IMG/VR virus record: IMGVR_UViG_3300042887_003034
Span: 1-55,341 of that record
DNA from: a virus
Lineage: Duplodnaviria > Caudoviricetes
Length of the DNA stretch: 55,341 nt
Direction: 5' to 3' (one strand)
Part shown: positions 30,678-42,424 of the stretch, in pieces
Numbering within the stretch: the first letter of the stretch is position 1
How the letters are laid out: every line of letters starts with the position of its first letter
Notes under the pieces: generated by a model
The model's input: the letters and a program-made list of their open reading frames with translations, nothing else
Databases searched by the model: none
Told to the model about the DNA's origin: nothing
Position numbers and translations under genes: made by a program

Positions 30678-31468
30678 TCTCTGACTCCGGGAAATACTGT
30701 GGATCTTCCATGCTGTGCTATGTAACTTTCGTTGCGCTCCAGGGGTAGGTCTATTCTGGGTTCAAATTGATACTTGACACCCAGACCCTGGGCCAGGCTC
30801 AGGGCCAGACTTTGGTTACCTAAAAATAACTCTGCGGCCCCGATCCACTGCGCTAACTGCCCCATGGTACTGGATTCTGCATGGGGTATGCTGATCTTTA
30901 ACTCACGACAGAATTCTTCATACTCGCTTTTGAGACCCACGAATATGGCCCGTGATTCTAGCCCTTGTTCGCGGAGTTCATACCAGTGGGGGTGTGGCCT
31001 AGGGCCTGTGAACCCTCGAGCACTGCGATTAACAACCCAGGGTCTGGAATCCCAAGGTTTAGCATTGTTGACTGTTAACCAGGGTTCTCTGCTGACACGA
31101 TCAATGATCTCGGGATCTCTGATGTTTCTACTCCAGAAATTAACTGTGATGTAGTTGGCTGGGTGGCCAACAAACAAGGGTCTGAAATTGTCTAGGTTGT
31201 CAGTGATTTCTGTGGTCTGTGGATCTAGGGCAGCGACTTTGGTAATATACTGTTGCTGCTCTAGAAAGTCTCTAGCCCACTCAAGGTCATTGGCAGTCAT
31301 GCGCCCTTGATGATAAGGGTCACTGCTGTTTCCATAATAATATTTGGTGATCCAGTCTACTTGGTTTAGATGTAGATAAAATTCACCCCCACCTAGATAT
31401 CGCATTAGGCTCAGTGAGTAAATCACATCACCCCAGGTTCCGCTGTGTTTGAATCTTCGTTGAGTCAT
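30674..31468 (-). CDS. Glycosyltransferase (GT9-like)
   Basis: HSGTWGDVIYSL; AELFLGNQSLALSLAQGLG. Confidence 0.55.
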   Translation of the reverse strand: MTQRRFKHSGTWGDVIYSLSLMRYLGGGEFYLHLNQVDWITKYYYGNSSDPYHQGRMTANDLEWARDFLEQQQYITKVAALDPQTTEITDNLDNFRPLFVGHPANYITVNFWSRNIRDPEIIDRVSREPWLTVNNAKPWDSRPWVVNRSARGFTGPRPHPHWYELREQGLESRAIFVGLKSEYEEFCRELKISIPHAESSTMGQLAQWIGAAELFLGNQSLALSLAQGLGVKYQFEPRIDLPLERNESYIAQHGRSTVFPGVRE

Positions 31469-31556
31469 AGGTCTGTTAAAGCATCATTAAACTAGTATTT
31501 AATAGCCGTAAATTTCCTTGATAAAAATTCTGAATAAATAGTGCTGAGGACTAGAT

Positions 31557-32381
31557 ATGAGTTTCCCTATACCAACAACACCCGAAACCACTGTAATTGC
31601 ACGCCCCGATTATAACGATATACGAGACATTGTAGACAATATTATAGGTCTAAACACCAGCGGCTATGGTGTGGCCTTTTTGGGTGCTGTGCCCGTGACT
31701 GCACGTAACCAAATTACCACTAGCCAGTGGTCAGCGTTGATCTTTGACATGAACAACATACATCAGCATATCTATGATGCCACAACCAGTACGTTGGCTC
31801 CTACCACTGCTTCTGTGGTTTCGCCGCAACTGGCCAACTCGCTGTACAATTTGGCTCTAGAACTGAATTCAAATCGATATAATATTCACCCTAATCAATA
31901 CTTTATTAATACTGTTACCAACAGTAAAATTATCAATGTGGACTTTGACACTGACACAGTACAGGGCGTCAGTACCAGTACCAATACCAGTTGGCTACAG
32001 AGCATGAGTCACATAGTACGCATGGGTTTTGCCACTGAAGAAATTGCACAGTATTTCTTTAACACCGGGGGTAAATTAGTTTGGAATACCACGTTTGATG
32101 TTACCACTGGTGAAACTGCTGCTGACACTGCTTGGTCTAATTTTATTCTTCAACTACAGGCCTTGGCCAACCCGCCCGATGTTAACATCTATGAATATGG
32201 GAGAAATCAGTATCTTGCGGGCAATGACACAGTGATAATAACCAATACCACGGGCACACTGAGTATAACACTGACCGTGGAAAAAACTGAAGGTAGATTG
32301 TTTAAATTTACTGCACTTTATCAAGACCTCAAGGCTGGGGGTCTAACCATACAGCCCGATGGCTATACCTGGAGATTCTAA
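31557..32381 (+). CDS. Putative virion structural protein
   Basis: Thr-rich; YFFNTGG motif; TAAATA late-type promoter upstream. Confidence 0.55.
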   Translation: MSFPIPTTPETTVIARPDYNDIRDIVDNIIGLNTSGYGVAFLGAVPVTARNQITTSQWSALIFDMNNIHQHIYDATTSTLAPTTASVVSPQLANSLYNLALELNSNRYNIHPNQYFINTVTNSKIINVDFDTDTVQGVSTSTNTSWLQSMSHIVRMGFATEEIAQYFFNTGGKLVWNTTFDVTTGETAADTAWSNFILQLQALANPPDVNIYEYGRNQYLAGNDTVIITNTTGTLSITLTVEKTEGRLFKFTALYQDLKAGGLTIQPDGYTWRF

Positions 32382-32390
32382 GGAACTGAT

Positions 32391-33344
32391 ATGGCACAGG
32401 GAGATTTTACACTTACCAACGTGGCATTGACATCGGCCACTATCGTTAGTTTTAGTTTTAATGATAACCCGTCAATAACACACAGCGCAGATTTAACTAA
32501 TTTTGGCGAAGGTGCTAATGAAACAGCAGCATTGGTCACACTGTCAACTCCATTGGTACTGGCTCCTTTGGCCAGTACTACTTTTAACACAGAATATTTT
32601 ACTGCAACCAATGTCAATGGTTTTTATTATGGATCTATAACAGTAAATGCACAACGTGGGCTGCTCAGCGAATCTGTAACAGTTACCAACACTGTGGAAG
32701 TTTATTCAGTACCACCCCCACCCCCTGACCCAGATCCCAACTATGCTATCAACACTGACCCACTGGGGGTTACACAAGTTGACGAGGGTAACACAGTAAA
32801 TTTTAAGGTCACCACAGTGGGTGTGGCCACTGGTACTGTACTGTATTGGACCACTGTGCTGCAGGGTGGGTGTACTGTAGGCGATTTTGCAGATGCTAGC
32901 CTGCAGGGCACAGTTACAATTGACAGCATAGGTGAAGGTACTATCAGTAGGCCTATATCTTCTGATGGTATTGATGACCCTGGAGAAAGTTTTTATCTTG
33001 AACTAAGAGTCATAGACTTTACGGGTACAATCACTGCTTACAGTCCCCCAGTTTTGATTATAACTCCATATGTACCCCCACCTTACGATCCCGGTGACTC
33101 CGGTGGATGGGAAGGCCCTGCTCCTGGAGAGCCTGGGCCTGCTCCTGGAGATCCCGGCTGTCCTCCAGGTGAAACTTCGTCACCTTCTGGTTGCACAGCA
33201 CCGGCAGGTGAAAGCGCAGCAGTGGGCATTGGCGGAAACGACGGAGGAAGTCCCAGTGACAGTGGCGGCGGCCCTGATGGTGATGGTGGTGATGGTGGTG
33301 ATGGTGGTGATGGTGGCGGTGGTGATGGTGGCCCTGGAGAATAA
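32391..33344 (+). CDS. Putative virion protein with a Calx-beta/Ig-like domain and a Pro/Gly/Asp-rich tail
   Basis: VDEGNTVNF...DGIDDPGESF; GDG repeats. Confidence 0.6.
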   Translation: MAQGDFTLTNVALTSATIVSFSFNDNPSITHSADLTNFGEGANETAALVTLSTPLVLAPLASTTFNTEYFTATNVNGFYYGSITVNAQRGLLSESVTVTNTVEVYSVPPPPPDPDPNYAINTDPLGVTQVDEGNTVNFKVTTVGVATGTVLYWTTVLQGGCTVGDFADASLQGTVTIDSIGEGTISRPISSDGIDDPGESFYLELRVIDFTGTITAYSPPVLIITPYVPPPYDPGDSGGWEGPAPGEPGPAPGDPGCPPGETSSPSGCTAPAGESAAVGIGGNDGGSPSDSGGGPDGDGGDGGDGGDGGGGDGGPGE

Positions 33345-33352
33345 TTAAAACT

Positions 33353-34906
33353 ATGTCTATTTCAAATTTTATCAACAAACTAAAAATTTTTAGCAATTTT
33401 GGATATATGAGATCTGGGCAAATTATTCAAGGACCCCGTGCAACATTTTTAGAAACTACTAAGCATCTTTGGGAACCAGAAGAAAGACCTGTTTCATTTG
33501 TTGAACCCCCAGTTAGGATTATTCGAGTTACTCCAAATCCTATGCCGCAGTTTGTATTTCCACCGGGCAACACAAGTACACAAGTTTTTATTAATAATTA
33601 CACTAGCAGCACCGTTTACAACAGATTTAGAAGATTTACCGAGGCCACTACTCAAACATTATACATTTCTAATTTAGGAACTACTTCTGTAAACATTACT
33701 AATGTTCTACAGAATATCCCTCAACCGGGAGCCACTGTAGCAGTGTTTCATAGTACAACTACAATGACCATTGCTCCGGGGAATACTGGCACGGTTGTAG
33801 TAGGCTATTACGGAGATACTCCCGGGGAGTTTTCTAGTTTCTTAGTAGTTCAATCAGATTGGGGCTTGGGTAACTACAAAGTATTAACGTCTTCTAGTGT
33901 TCAAGAAACATACGATTTTAAAATCAATAGAATAAATCCGACTACTGAATTAACTACAGCATCAGCGTTTAGTCAGCAACTTTTACTAGATTATGGTGTT
34001 ACCCCAATTATTAACTTAATTGCTAGAAATAATGTAACTATTCCATTATCTGTAACTATAAATTCGGATAGTTCTGCATTTTCACCTGGACCGATCAACG
34101 GTAATAATTTTAAAGTAAGATTTAGAGCACAGGACATTAATAATCAAAATGGTGTTTATACTGCTACAATTACGGTCACCTCTTTAGGCGCTGTAAATAC
34201 CATAACCAGTGTTGTGAACTTAGATATTGACAAAGAAAGATTTGCTAATTTAGGTCGTTGGATCAGTGCTGCTGCACCAGATAATAGTGTTGTTGGAATG
34301 AGTTACGATATTATCGATAATCAAAGAACATTGACTATAGGTGTAGGCGTAGGTGGCGACAATGTTCCAGAATTGCATGAGGGTGGAATAGCCTATACCG
34401 CTACTGAAACATTAAGTTTTATTGGCACATATACAGATTATCCTTATTCGGGTTGGGCCACTGTTTATAGAATTCCTTTAACTGGAGAAAAGAGATCTTA
34501 CCTTACAGGTAAGAGAGACAGCGACGGAGTCTACGCTTACAGAGTTAAACCTGAAAGATTACCCGACGGACAGTACCCAGAAACTGACACTGAATATGAT
34601 CGATATTTTGGAGTTGAAACAGACACTGATAAATCTATGTTCGTAGTTAAAGATGACGGATATGGGAACTTGACCATTGCATTAAATCAATTACAGAGTC
34701 AATTGTCTGACAGCGAGTCATTTAATAAAACACTAAAGAATTTGACTAGATCATTACACTACTATTCCAATGCAGACATAGGTGGAAGATATTATCAATT
34801 AGATTCCGGTCCCGTACTAGACGGAACTGTAACCAGATTCTTCTATGGTTTTAATAATTCTGGAACTGTTCTAACTTCTTATGTAAATTTGCCTAGTTCT
34901 AATTAA
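33353..34906 (+). CDS. Putative virion structural protein with Ig-like domains
   Basis: Beta-rich and Thr-rich; ISNLGTTSVNI...TIAPGNT. Confidence 0.55.
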   Translation: MSISNFINKLKIFSNFGYMRSGQIIQGPRATFLETTKHLWEPEERPVSFVEPPVRIIRVTPNPMPQFVFPPGNTSTQVFINNYTSSTVYNRFRRFTEATTQTLYISNLGTTSVNITNVLQNIPQPGATVAVFHSTTTMTIAPGNTGTVVVGYYGDTPGEFSSFLVVQSDWGLGNYKVLTSSSVQETYDFKINRINPTTELTTASAFSQQLLLDYGVTPIINLIARNNVTIPLSVTINSDSSAFSPGPINGNNFKVRFRAQDINNQNGVYTATITVTSLGAVNTITSVVNLDIDKERFANLGRWISAAAPDNSVVGMSYDIIDNQRTLTIGVGVGGDNVPELHEGGIAYTATETLSFIGTYTDYPYSGWATVYRIPLTGEKRSYLTGKRDSDGVYAYRVKPERLPDGQYPETDTEYDRYFGVETDTDKSMFVVKDDGYGNLTIALNQLQSQLSDSESFNKTLKNLTRSLHYYSNADIGGRYYQLDSGPVLDGTVTRFFYGFNNSGTVLTSYVNLPSSN

Positions 34907-34943
34907 TTTATCAATGGTGGTAAAGATAGATAATTAGTAAACT

Positions 34944-37801
34944 ATGCTGACTAACACATCTTATCAAATTCCATCTGATCAAATAAAACAGGTAAAATTT
35001 TCTGGTGACGGGAGACATTACGATTTTGAACTGTATAAACTAGGAAAAAACAGAGCAAAATTTATTGTAGTTAATCCCGATCCTCAAATATCTTTTGATT
35101 GGGAAAATGAATTTCAATATTATGTTCCTAACGTTCCCTTACCAATTGGTGCCTGTCTAGTAATATCGTATCAGGGAGAGTGGTACGCAAAAGTTTTTTC
35201 TAAAAACTGGGATTCTAGGCAAACATATCTATCGTTCGAAATTCAAATTCCTAAAAAAAGAATTGAAAGAGTTAAATGGGAAAAGAACGAAGCCTTCCGT
35301 GATAATTTTACACTTTTAAATGATCCTAGGGAAAATTTTAATTTAAATGTTTGGGATAAAGACTACGACTTAGTTTGGTATATCGATCCTAAGTTCACAG
35401 GCGACAAAAAAATCTGGGCCTTTTCTTGCAAAGCAGTGAGTAACAAAAATTCCTTGGGTATTAAAGATATGGGATATGTAACTCCTGTAATTAATAGAAA
35501 TCCGGATTTAGGTAATATTAATTTTGAAATCAAAGATTATCCTGTTTATTATGATTTAAACTATAATTTCATTTGGTATATTGATACTGAATTTACCAAC
35601 AATAAAAAAATTTGGATTTACAAATTAGAAAATAAAAATTCTAATTTAGATAAAGAGATGGGATATTTAACTCCTAACCTTCCTGATATTTTAGATGTTA
35701 TTTTTATTTCTTATAACGAACCAGAAGCAGAAAAAAATTGGCAAAGAGTTTTAGAAAAAGCACCTTGGGCAAAAAGAATTGATGGAGTGCAAGGAATTGC
35801 CAATGCTCATAAATTAGCCGCAGAGATCAGTGATACTGATATGTTGTATGTTGTAGACGGTGATGCGTACCTAACTGATGATTGGAATTTTAATTTTCAA
35901 CCTGGAATATTTGATCGTAGTTTTACTCATATTTGGCATTCTAAAAATCCAGTAAATGATTTAGAATATGGATATGGTGGAGTAAAACTATTTTCTAAAG
36001 ATAAGATCTTATCTTTAAAAGAATGGACCACAGTTGATTTTACTAGTCAAGTTTCGGACAAAATTAAAGTTATTGAAAAAGTTAGCAATGTCACAAAATT
36101 TGATACAGACCCATTTTCTGTTTGGAGAAGTTCTGTTAGAGAATGTGTAAAATTATATCGACATTCAAAATTGTATCCAAAAGATACAATCGTTAAAGAA
36201 AGATTAGCAAAGTGGAGAAAAAACGATAAAGACCATGTTTTTAAAAGTTATTCTAGGTCTGGTGCAGAATTTGCAATTAACCTATTAGATTCTCCGGAAG
36301 AAAATATTGAAAAGAAAGTAAATGATTTTAATTGGCTGCGTGAACAGTTTGAAAAAAATCAAAAGAGAGATACTTTAAATATCAAAGGCGACGAAACTGT
36401 AGTTGTTGAGAATAAGATAGAATCTAAATATTATTTTGATTCAAATGTTATCATAGATAAATTAAATGAGGTAAGCCCAAGTTTCTGTTTAGCAAAATGG
36501 TTTAATACCAGTATTCATATTCCAACAGGACAAACTCATAGTTGTTATCATCCGCCCTCACACAAAATTCCTCTTGAAGAAATTAAAATTGATGTAAGTT
36601 CACTGCATAATACAAAATACAAAAAGCAACAAAGAAAAAAAATGCTCGATGGTGTTAGACCTGATGAATGTAATTTTTGTTGGCAAATTGAAGACAGCGG
36701 TAATCAACTCAGTGACCGTGCCTATAGAAGTAAAGATGTTTGGGAATTTGGTATTGTTGACGAAGCATTAAAATCTAAAGATGAAGGTAATGTAAATCCT
36801 AGATATTTAGAAGTTAATTTTAATCAAGCCTGTAATTTCAAATGCAGTTATTGTAGTCCACATCTAAGTACTGAGTGGATGAAGGATATTGAAAAAAATG
36901 GTCCTTTTCAATTGGGTAATAGATTACATAACGATTTAAATTGGATGAAGGAACATGATGTATGGCCAAACAACAGTCTTGATAATCCTTATCTATTAGC
37001 ATTTTGGGAATGGTGGCCTACAATATATTCAAATTTAAAAACATTTAGGATGACGGGCGGTGAGCCCCTAATGGATAAAAATACATTTAGAATTTTTGAT
37101 TACATCAAACAAAATCCTAAGCCTGATTTACATCTCAGCATTACTAGCAATTGTTGTCCGCCTGGCAATCAATGGAACAAATTTATTAACAGTTTAAATG
37201 ATATAACTGAGTCTACAATATAGATCATTTTATGTTATACTGTAGTTTGGATAGTTGGGGCTCTCAAGCAGAATACATTCGAACAGGTTTAGATTTTAGT
37301 ATTCTACTAAGAAATGTTAGAGAGTTTTTAGTATCTGGAAATGACAAACATAGCCTAACATTTATTTGCACTTTTAACGCACTAAGTTACTCTGGTTTTC
37401 TAGAATATATGAAAAACATTCTAGAATTAAGAAAAGAATTTAATACTACTAGGCAGTTAATTTGGTTTGATATTCCTCAGTTACAAAATCCAGAATGGTT
37501 AAATCCAAAGTTAATTCCTGAACTGGTCAGCAGTCTAGAAGAAACTAAACAATTTATGAGTGCTAATGCAGAAACAATAAAAAATCAATTTAAAGGTTTT
37601 AAGGATTTTGAAATTAGTAAAGTACAAAGACTTATAGATTGGATTAAAGATGATGCAAAATTTGATAGACAATCTGCAATGAAAAACTTTTATTCATTTT
37701 GGAAAGAAAATGATAAAAGAAATAAAACAGATTTCTTAATGGTATTTCCGGAGTTAGAAAATTTTTGGAATGAATGTAGGAAGCAACATGGACGAACATA
37801 G
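34944..37801 (+). pseudogene. Glycosyltransferase-like + radical SAM fusion split by a frameshift at ~37220 (ORFs 34944-37223 and 37232-37801)
   Basis: FISYNE...VDGD GT-A-like domain, CNFKCSYC and GGEP; the second ORF aligns with the C-half of paralog 37788-39152; removing 2 nt (AT) joins the frames. Confidence 0.7.
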
Positions 37802-39152
37802 AATTCAATTTGTAAAAAGCGTAAGGGATAGATTAAATGCAGTAAGCCCAAGTTTTTGTACTCAAAAATGGTTACATGAAACTTTGTACCTACATACAGG
37901 TGATAATCACAGTTGTTACCATCCTAGGCCCCATCATATAGGAATAGACGAAATTGCAAAAGATCCCAGTGCATTGCATAATACTGAATGGAAAAAACAA
38001 CAGAGAAAAGAAATGCTTGAAGGACAACGTCCTAAGGAGTGTTATTACTGTTGGAATATAGAAGACTTACCTGGAGAAAATCTCAGTGATAGAATGATTC
38101 ATAGTGCCAGTGATTACGCTGAAAAACATATTGAAAATTTAGGTAAGTTAGATTGGCGTCAAAATGTTAACCCAAAATATTTAGAAGTAAGTTTTGGAAA
38201 CAATTGTAATTTTCGATGTGGATATTGTTGCCCTCAAGCCAGCACACAATGGATTGATGAAATTAAAAATTATGGTAACTACGATTTGACTTATAATCAG
38301 TATGGGATAGAGTTTTTAAAACATGGAACTTACTATACATACAAAGAACAGAATCCATATATCGATGCATTTTGGAAATGGTGGCCCGATCTTAAAAAAG
38401 ATTTACACACATTAAGAATTACTGGTGGTGAACCTTTAATGAATCCAGCAGCAATGCATTTCTTTGATTTATTAGAAGATCAACCTAGTCCGCATTTAGA
38501 AATAACACTGAACAGTAATCTAGGTGTATCTTATGGAAAAATTGAAAGACTGTTGGCAAGAATTAAAAGTCTTTTAGATCAGAAAAAAATTAGAAAGTTT
38601 AGTTTCTTTACCAGTATAGACAGTTGGGGACCTGAAGCAGAATATATGAGAACAGGTTTAAATTGTACTCATTGGGAAAGAAACGTTAAACAGGTAATGG
38701 ATACCGGCGCCACAGTTAATCTAATGTGTACATTTAATGTGTTGTCAGTTACTAACTTTAAAAAATTATTAGAAAAAGTTATCGAGTGGAGAAAAGAAAA
38801 AGGATTTAAATCAGTGGCATTTGATACACCTTATCTCAAAGAGCCCCCTCACTGGATGATAAAAATACTCACTCCAGATTTTGAAAAATACATGGATGAA
38901 AATTTAAAGTTTATAGAATCTAACATGGAATGGTTTACTGGTGTAGAATTTGAAAAATTTAAACGATTAACAAACTATATGAAAGAGCATAAACTTCCTG
39001 AAGAAAAAATTATGGCAGGTCGTAGAGATTTTTATGTATTCTTTACAGAAAATGATCGAAGACTGGGAACAAATTTGTTAAAAATTTTTCCAGAGTATAA
39101 AGAATTTTATAATCTATGTAAGTCAGTTTATGAGAATTATCAAACACTATGA
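37788..39152 (+). CDS. Radical SAM protein with N-terminal twitch/SPASM-like Cys cluster
   Basis: CNFRCGYC, TGGEP, SIDSWG..AEYMR. Confidence 0.88.
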   Translation: MDEHRIQFVKSVRDRLNAVSPSFCTQKWLHETLYLHTGDNHSCYHPRPHHIGIDEIAKDPSALHNTEWKKQQRKEMLEGQRPKECYYCWNIEDLPGENLSDRMIHSASDYAEKHIENLGKLDWRQNVNPKYLEVSFGNNCNFRCGYCCPQASTQWIDEIKNYGNYDLTYNQYGIEFLKHGTYYTYKEQNPYIDAFWKWWPDLKKDLHTLRITGGEPLMNPAAMHFFDLLEDQPSPHLEITLNSNLGVSYGKIERLLARIKSLLDQKKIRKFSFFTSIDSWGPEAEYMRTGLNCTHWERNVKQVMDTGATVNLMCTFNVLSVTNFKKLLEKVIEWRKEKGFKSVAFDTPYLKEPPHWMIKILTPDFEKYMDENLKFIESNMEWFTGVEFEKFKRLTNYMKEHKLPEEKIMAGRRDFYVFFTENDRRLGTNLLKIFPEYKEFYNLCKSVYENYQTL

Positions 39153-40378
39153 ACACAATAAACGAAAGTACTTGGTGCGTTAATGCATTTCACGGAATGT
39201 CAGCAAACAATGATGGAAGCACCAAAACTTGCTGTATGATTAAAGAGTCGTACAACAAGTTAATAGGGCCTTCTAAAGTCAATTATAATTTGTTAGACTT
39301 GTCAATTCAGAAAAATTTTAATAATCCAAAAGTTATTGAAATAAGAAATAATTTGTCTCAAGGGATCAAAGATCCTGCATGTATTAGGTGCTGGGTAGAA
39401 GAAGATTCTGAAAGAAAAAGTAAAAGAATGCGAGACAATGAAAGGTACTTTCATGAAGTTCAATGGGGTCAGCGACAACCTTTTACTGGGCTTGCAAAGT
39501 TTGAATTAAACTTAGGCAATACCTGCAACATTAAATGTAGAACCTGTCATGCATCTATTAGCAGTCAATGGATGAAAGAAGACTTTGATTTAAATCATTC
39601 TAATCACAAAACATTTCAGCAATATAGCAGTGAAATGAAACGGTACCATCAGTCATATGATGATGAAAGTCCATTCTGGGAAGATTTAAAAAATAATTTA
39701 TCCACAATTAAGCAATTTGATTTTTACGGTGGAGAACCATTTTTAAGTAAAAAGATGTGGGAAATACTTAAAATTTGTGTTGAAAAAGGTTATTCTAAAG
39801 ATATTGAACTACATTACAACACAAATGGCACCACATGGCCTGCTGAAATAGAATTGTGGAAAAATTTTAGATCTATTAATTTAAGTTTTAGTATAGACGG
39901 AACAGATAAACAATTTGAGTTTATGCGTTTTCCTGCTAACTGGCAAGAAGTTTGCAAAAACATGGAAAAGGCTGTTGAATTTAAAAAAGAATATCCTTTT
40001 ATGAATTTGAGTTGGTGTGTAACACTTAGCACATTAAACATCTTTTATCTTCCAGAAATTTTAAACGAGTATTACCGATCATTTTTAGATTTTGGATTAT
40101 ATCTAAATCTAGTCCATGACCCTGTTCATTTTAACATGAGCAAAATACCTAACGGAATTAAAGATGAGATTATATCAAAGTTAGAAACTATCGATAAATC
40201 ATATACTCAAGCATGGTATCAATTGCCTGGAATTATAGGCTTCATTAAACATGGTACTCCAGACATGTCTAATTGGTCAAACTTTTTAAAAACTGTGAAA
40301 ATACATGATCAGTATAGAAAACAAAATTACTTTGAAATTTTTCCTGAATTTGCTGAGGTAATTAAAAAATATGAATAA
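39149..40378 (+). CDS. Radical SAM protein (twitch domain)
   Basis: CNIKCRTC, YGGEP, TNGT, SIDG. Confidence 0.88.
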   Translation: MNTINESTWCVNAFHGMSANNDGSTKTCCMIKESYNKLIGPSKVNYNLLDLSIQKNFNNPKVIEIRNNLSQGIKDPACIRCWVEEDSERKSKRMRDNERYFHEVQWGQRQPFTGLAKFELNLGNTCNIKCRTCHASISSQWMKEDFDLNHSNHKTFQQYSSEMKRYHQSYDDESPFWEDLKNNLSTIKQFDFYGGEPFLSKKMWEILKICVEKGYSKDIELHYNTNGTTWPAEIELWKNFRSINLSFSIDGTDKQFEFMRFPANWQEVCKNMEKAVEFKKEYPFMNLSWCVTLSTLNIFYLPEILNEYYRSFLDFGLYLNLVHDPVHFNMSKIPNGIKDEIISKLETIDKSYTQAWYQLPGIIGFIKHGTPDMSNWSNFLKTVKIHDQYRKQNYFEIFPEFAEVIKKYE

Positions 40379-41618
40379 TTTTTGGAACTTAGACGAACTT
40401 GAACAAATACACATTGAATTGACTAATGCTTGTAACGCTGCTTGTCCAATGTGTGTAAGATTTTATAATAACAGCCCTAATGTTAGGCCTGATTTAGAAA
40501 TAAATCAAATCACTTACGAAAAGTTTGTTAAGTATTTTCCTCCAAAAATTATTGAAAAATGCAATTTAATATTTTTCTGTGGAGTACATGGTGATCCTTG
40601 TGTTGCTAGAGATACTTACGAAATATGTGAATATATATCTCAAGTCGGACCTAATACAGCAGTGAGAATACATACCAATGGAGGAATGAGAAAACCCGAT
40701 TGGTGGGAAAAAATGGGAAAGTTATTTTCAAATTTTTCAAATAGGAAAAATAACCTTTGGGAAATAACTTTTAGCATAGATGGATTAGAAGATACAAATC
40801 ACGTTTATAGAAGAAATGTGGTATGGAAAAGTCTAATGGAAAATGTTTCGGCATATATTAATGCTGGTGGATCTGCTTCGTGGGACTATCTAATTTTCAA
40901 GCACAATGAACATCAATTAGCGGAAGCCAAAGAATTTGCAGAAAAAATGAAATTTAGAACATTTGTTCCTAAAAAAGCATTAGGTGTAGATGATGGAATT
41001 AGTCTTACAAAGATGCCTGTGCTTGATAAAAATGGAAACTTAGAATATGTTATTGAAGCACCAGAAAATCCTAAAAATAGAAATTTAGAAAAGCCAGAAG
41101 GAACCTTGCCGATTAGATTCTATCCTTTTAATTTAAATGATTATAGAAAGATTAAAGGAACATCTATTTTAAAAGAAAAATATCGTCAACAAGTAGAAAA
41201 TGTATATGAAGAAAGAATTTTAAATGAAGATAATTCAAAATTTAATAATTGTGAAATAAAATGTAAATCAAAAACTCTGTCTGGCGGTAAAGAAATATTT
41301 GTTGACAACTTTGGAAGAGTTATGCCTTGTTGTTATATTGGAACACACTTAAATGGTTTATATAACGATTTTCGATCTATGCAATTGCACAAGCATATGA
41401 ACGATTATGGGTGGGACAACTTTAGTTTGGATAAACATTCTTTAGAAGAAATTTTAAATAATCATCATCTAGATCGTGTTTTTGCAGATAGTTGGAAAAT
41501 ACCAAAAGTCGAAGATGGTAGATTGTCGTATTGTGCAGATACCTGTGGAAAGATAAGTAGTATTGATAAGATTTTTAGTCACGATGACAATCCAAATAAA
41601 TTTATTAGAAATGTATGA
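40371..41618 (+). CDS. Radical SAM protein with C-terminal SPASM/twitch domain
   Basis: CNAACPMC, GDP, TNGG, SIDG, GRVMPCC and CADTC. Confidence 0.88.
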   Translation: MNNFWNLDELEQIHIELTNACNAACPMCVRFYNNSPNVRPDLEINQITYEKFVKYFPPKIIEKCNLIFFCGVHGDPCVARDTYEICEYISQVGPNTAVRIHTNGGMRKPDWWEKMGKLFSNFSNRKNNLWEITFSIDGLEDTNHVYRRNVVWKSLMENVSAYINAGGSASWDYLIFKHNEHQLAEAKEFAEKMKFRTFVPKKALGVDDGISLTKMPVLDKNGNLEYVIEAPENPKNRNLEKPEGTLPIRFYPFNLNDYRKIKGTSILKEKYRQQVENVYEERILNEDNSKFNNCEIKCKSKTLSGGKEIFVDNFGRVMPCCYIGTHLNGLYNDFRSMQLHKHMNDYGWDNFSLDKHSLEEILNNHHLDRVFADSWKIPKVEDGRLSYCADTCGKISSIDKIFSHDDNPNKFIRNV

Positions 41619-42424
41619 AGCATAGATATAAGAGATTAATAGCCTATGGGTGTAGTTTTACCGCCGGAGCAGAAACTGTAGATCACGAGTATTGCCATCA
41701 GCAATATCGAGATAATCTTGATGAAATAAAAAGGAAAGGTGAAGCGAAGGATCTTAACGATGAAAAATATTTTCCTAAAGGTGCAGCATCTATTATTCTA
41801 GAAGAACAAAAAAAATATTCTTATGCTGCATTTATTGCAAAAAATTTAAATTTAGAATATGAAAATTGGTCAATCCCAGGTAGTTCTTTACAACATGCTA
41901 TTTTTAATTTTGAAAGAGATTTTGTAAAAAATAAATTTTTCGATACTGATATTGTACTTTTTGGTATAACATCTCCAGGTAGATGGTTTTGGTTGACAGA
42001 TGAAGGAGTTGGTAAAAGTGCAATATTTGGCTGGGAAAATAATTGGCCTACAAAAGAACTTCATGATCTGTTTTTACAACATCTATTCAATGATTATAAT
42101 GTTTTGTTTAATTTCTTCCACTCGATAAAATATATTGAGTTGCTAAATAGATCTTCAGATTTTTTAGTTCTTCAGCAATTTTGTCATGAGGACATACCTT
42201 ATTATATTAACAATTCTAATTTTAAAGAAGAAAAAAATAAAAATATTTTGATATCTATGTTAAATAATTCCAAGAGTTTTAATTCAATTGTTGATTTTAA
42301 TTTTTCATTTTCTAAAATATTGAATTGGTCAAATGATACGCATGGGTCATGGCATCCTAAAAAACATCATCACGAAATATTTGCCAACGATTTAACTACT
42401 ATGATAACTAGAAAATATTTATGA
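41615..42424 (+). CDS. SGNH/GDSL hydrolase-like protein
   Basis: AYGCSFTAG block I; D..GSWHP...H block V. Confidence 0.6.
   Translation: MKHRYKRLIAYGCSFTAGAETVDHEYCHQQYRDNLDEIKRKGEAKDLNDEKYFPKGAASIILEEQKKYSYAAFIAKNLNLEYENWSIPGSSLQHAIFNFERDFVKNKFFDTDIVLFGITSPGRWFWLTDEGVGKSAIFGWENNWPTKELHDLFLQHLFNDYNVLFNFFHSIKYIELLNRSSDFLVLQQFCHEDIPYYINNSNFKEEKNKNILISMLNNSKSFNSIVDFNFSFSKILNWSNDTHGSWHPKKHHHEIFANDLTTMITRKYL

Noticed and set aside
33058-33396. Poly-His ORF on the minus strand
   Set aside because: Antisense reading of the GGT-GAT (Gly-Asp) repeat of the plus-strand gene
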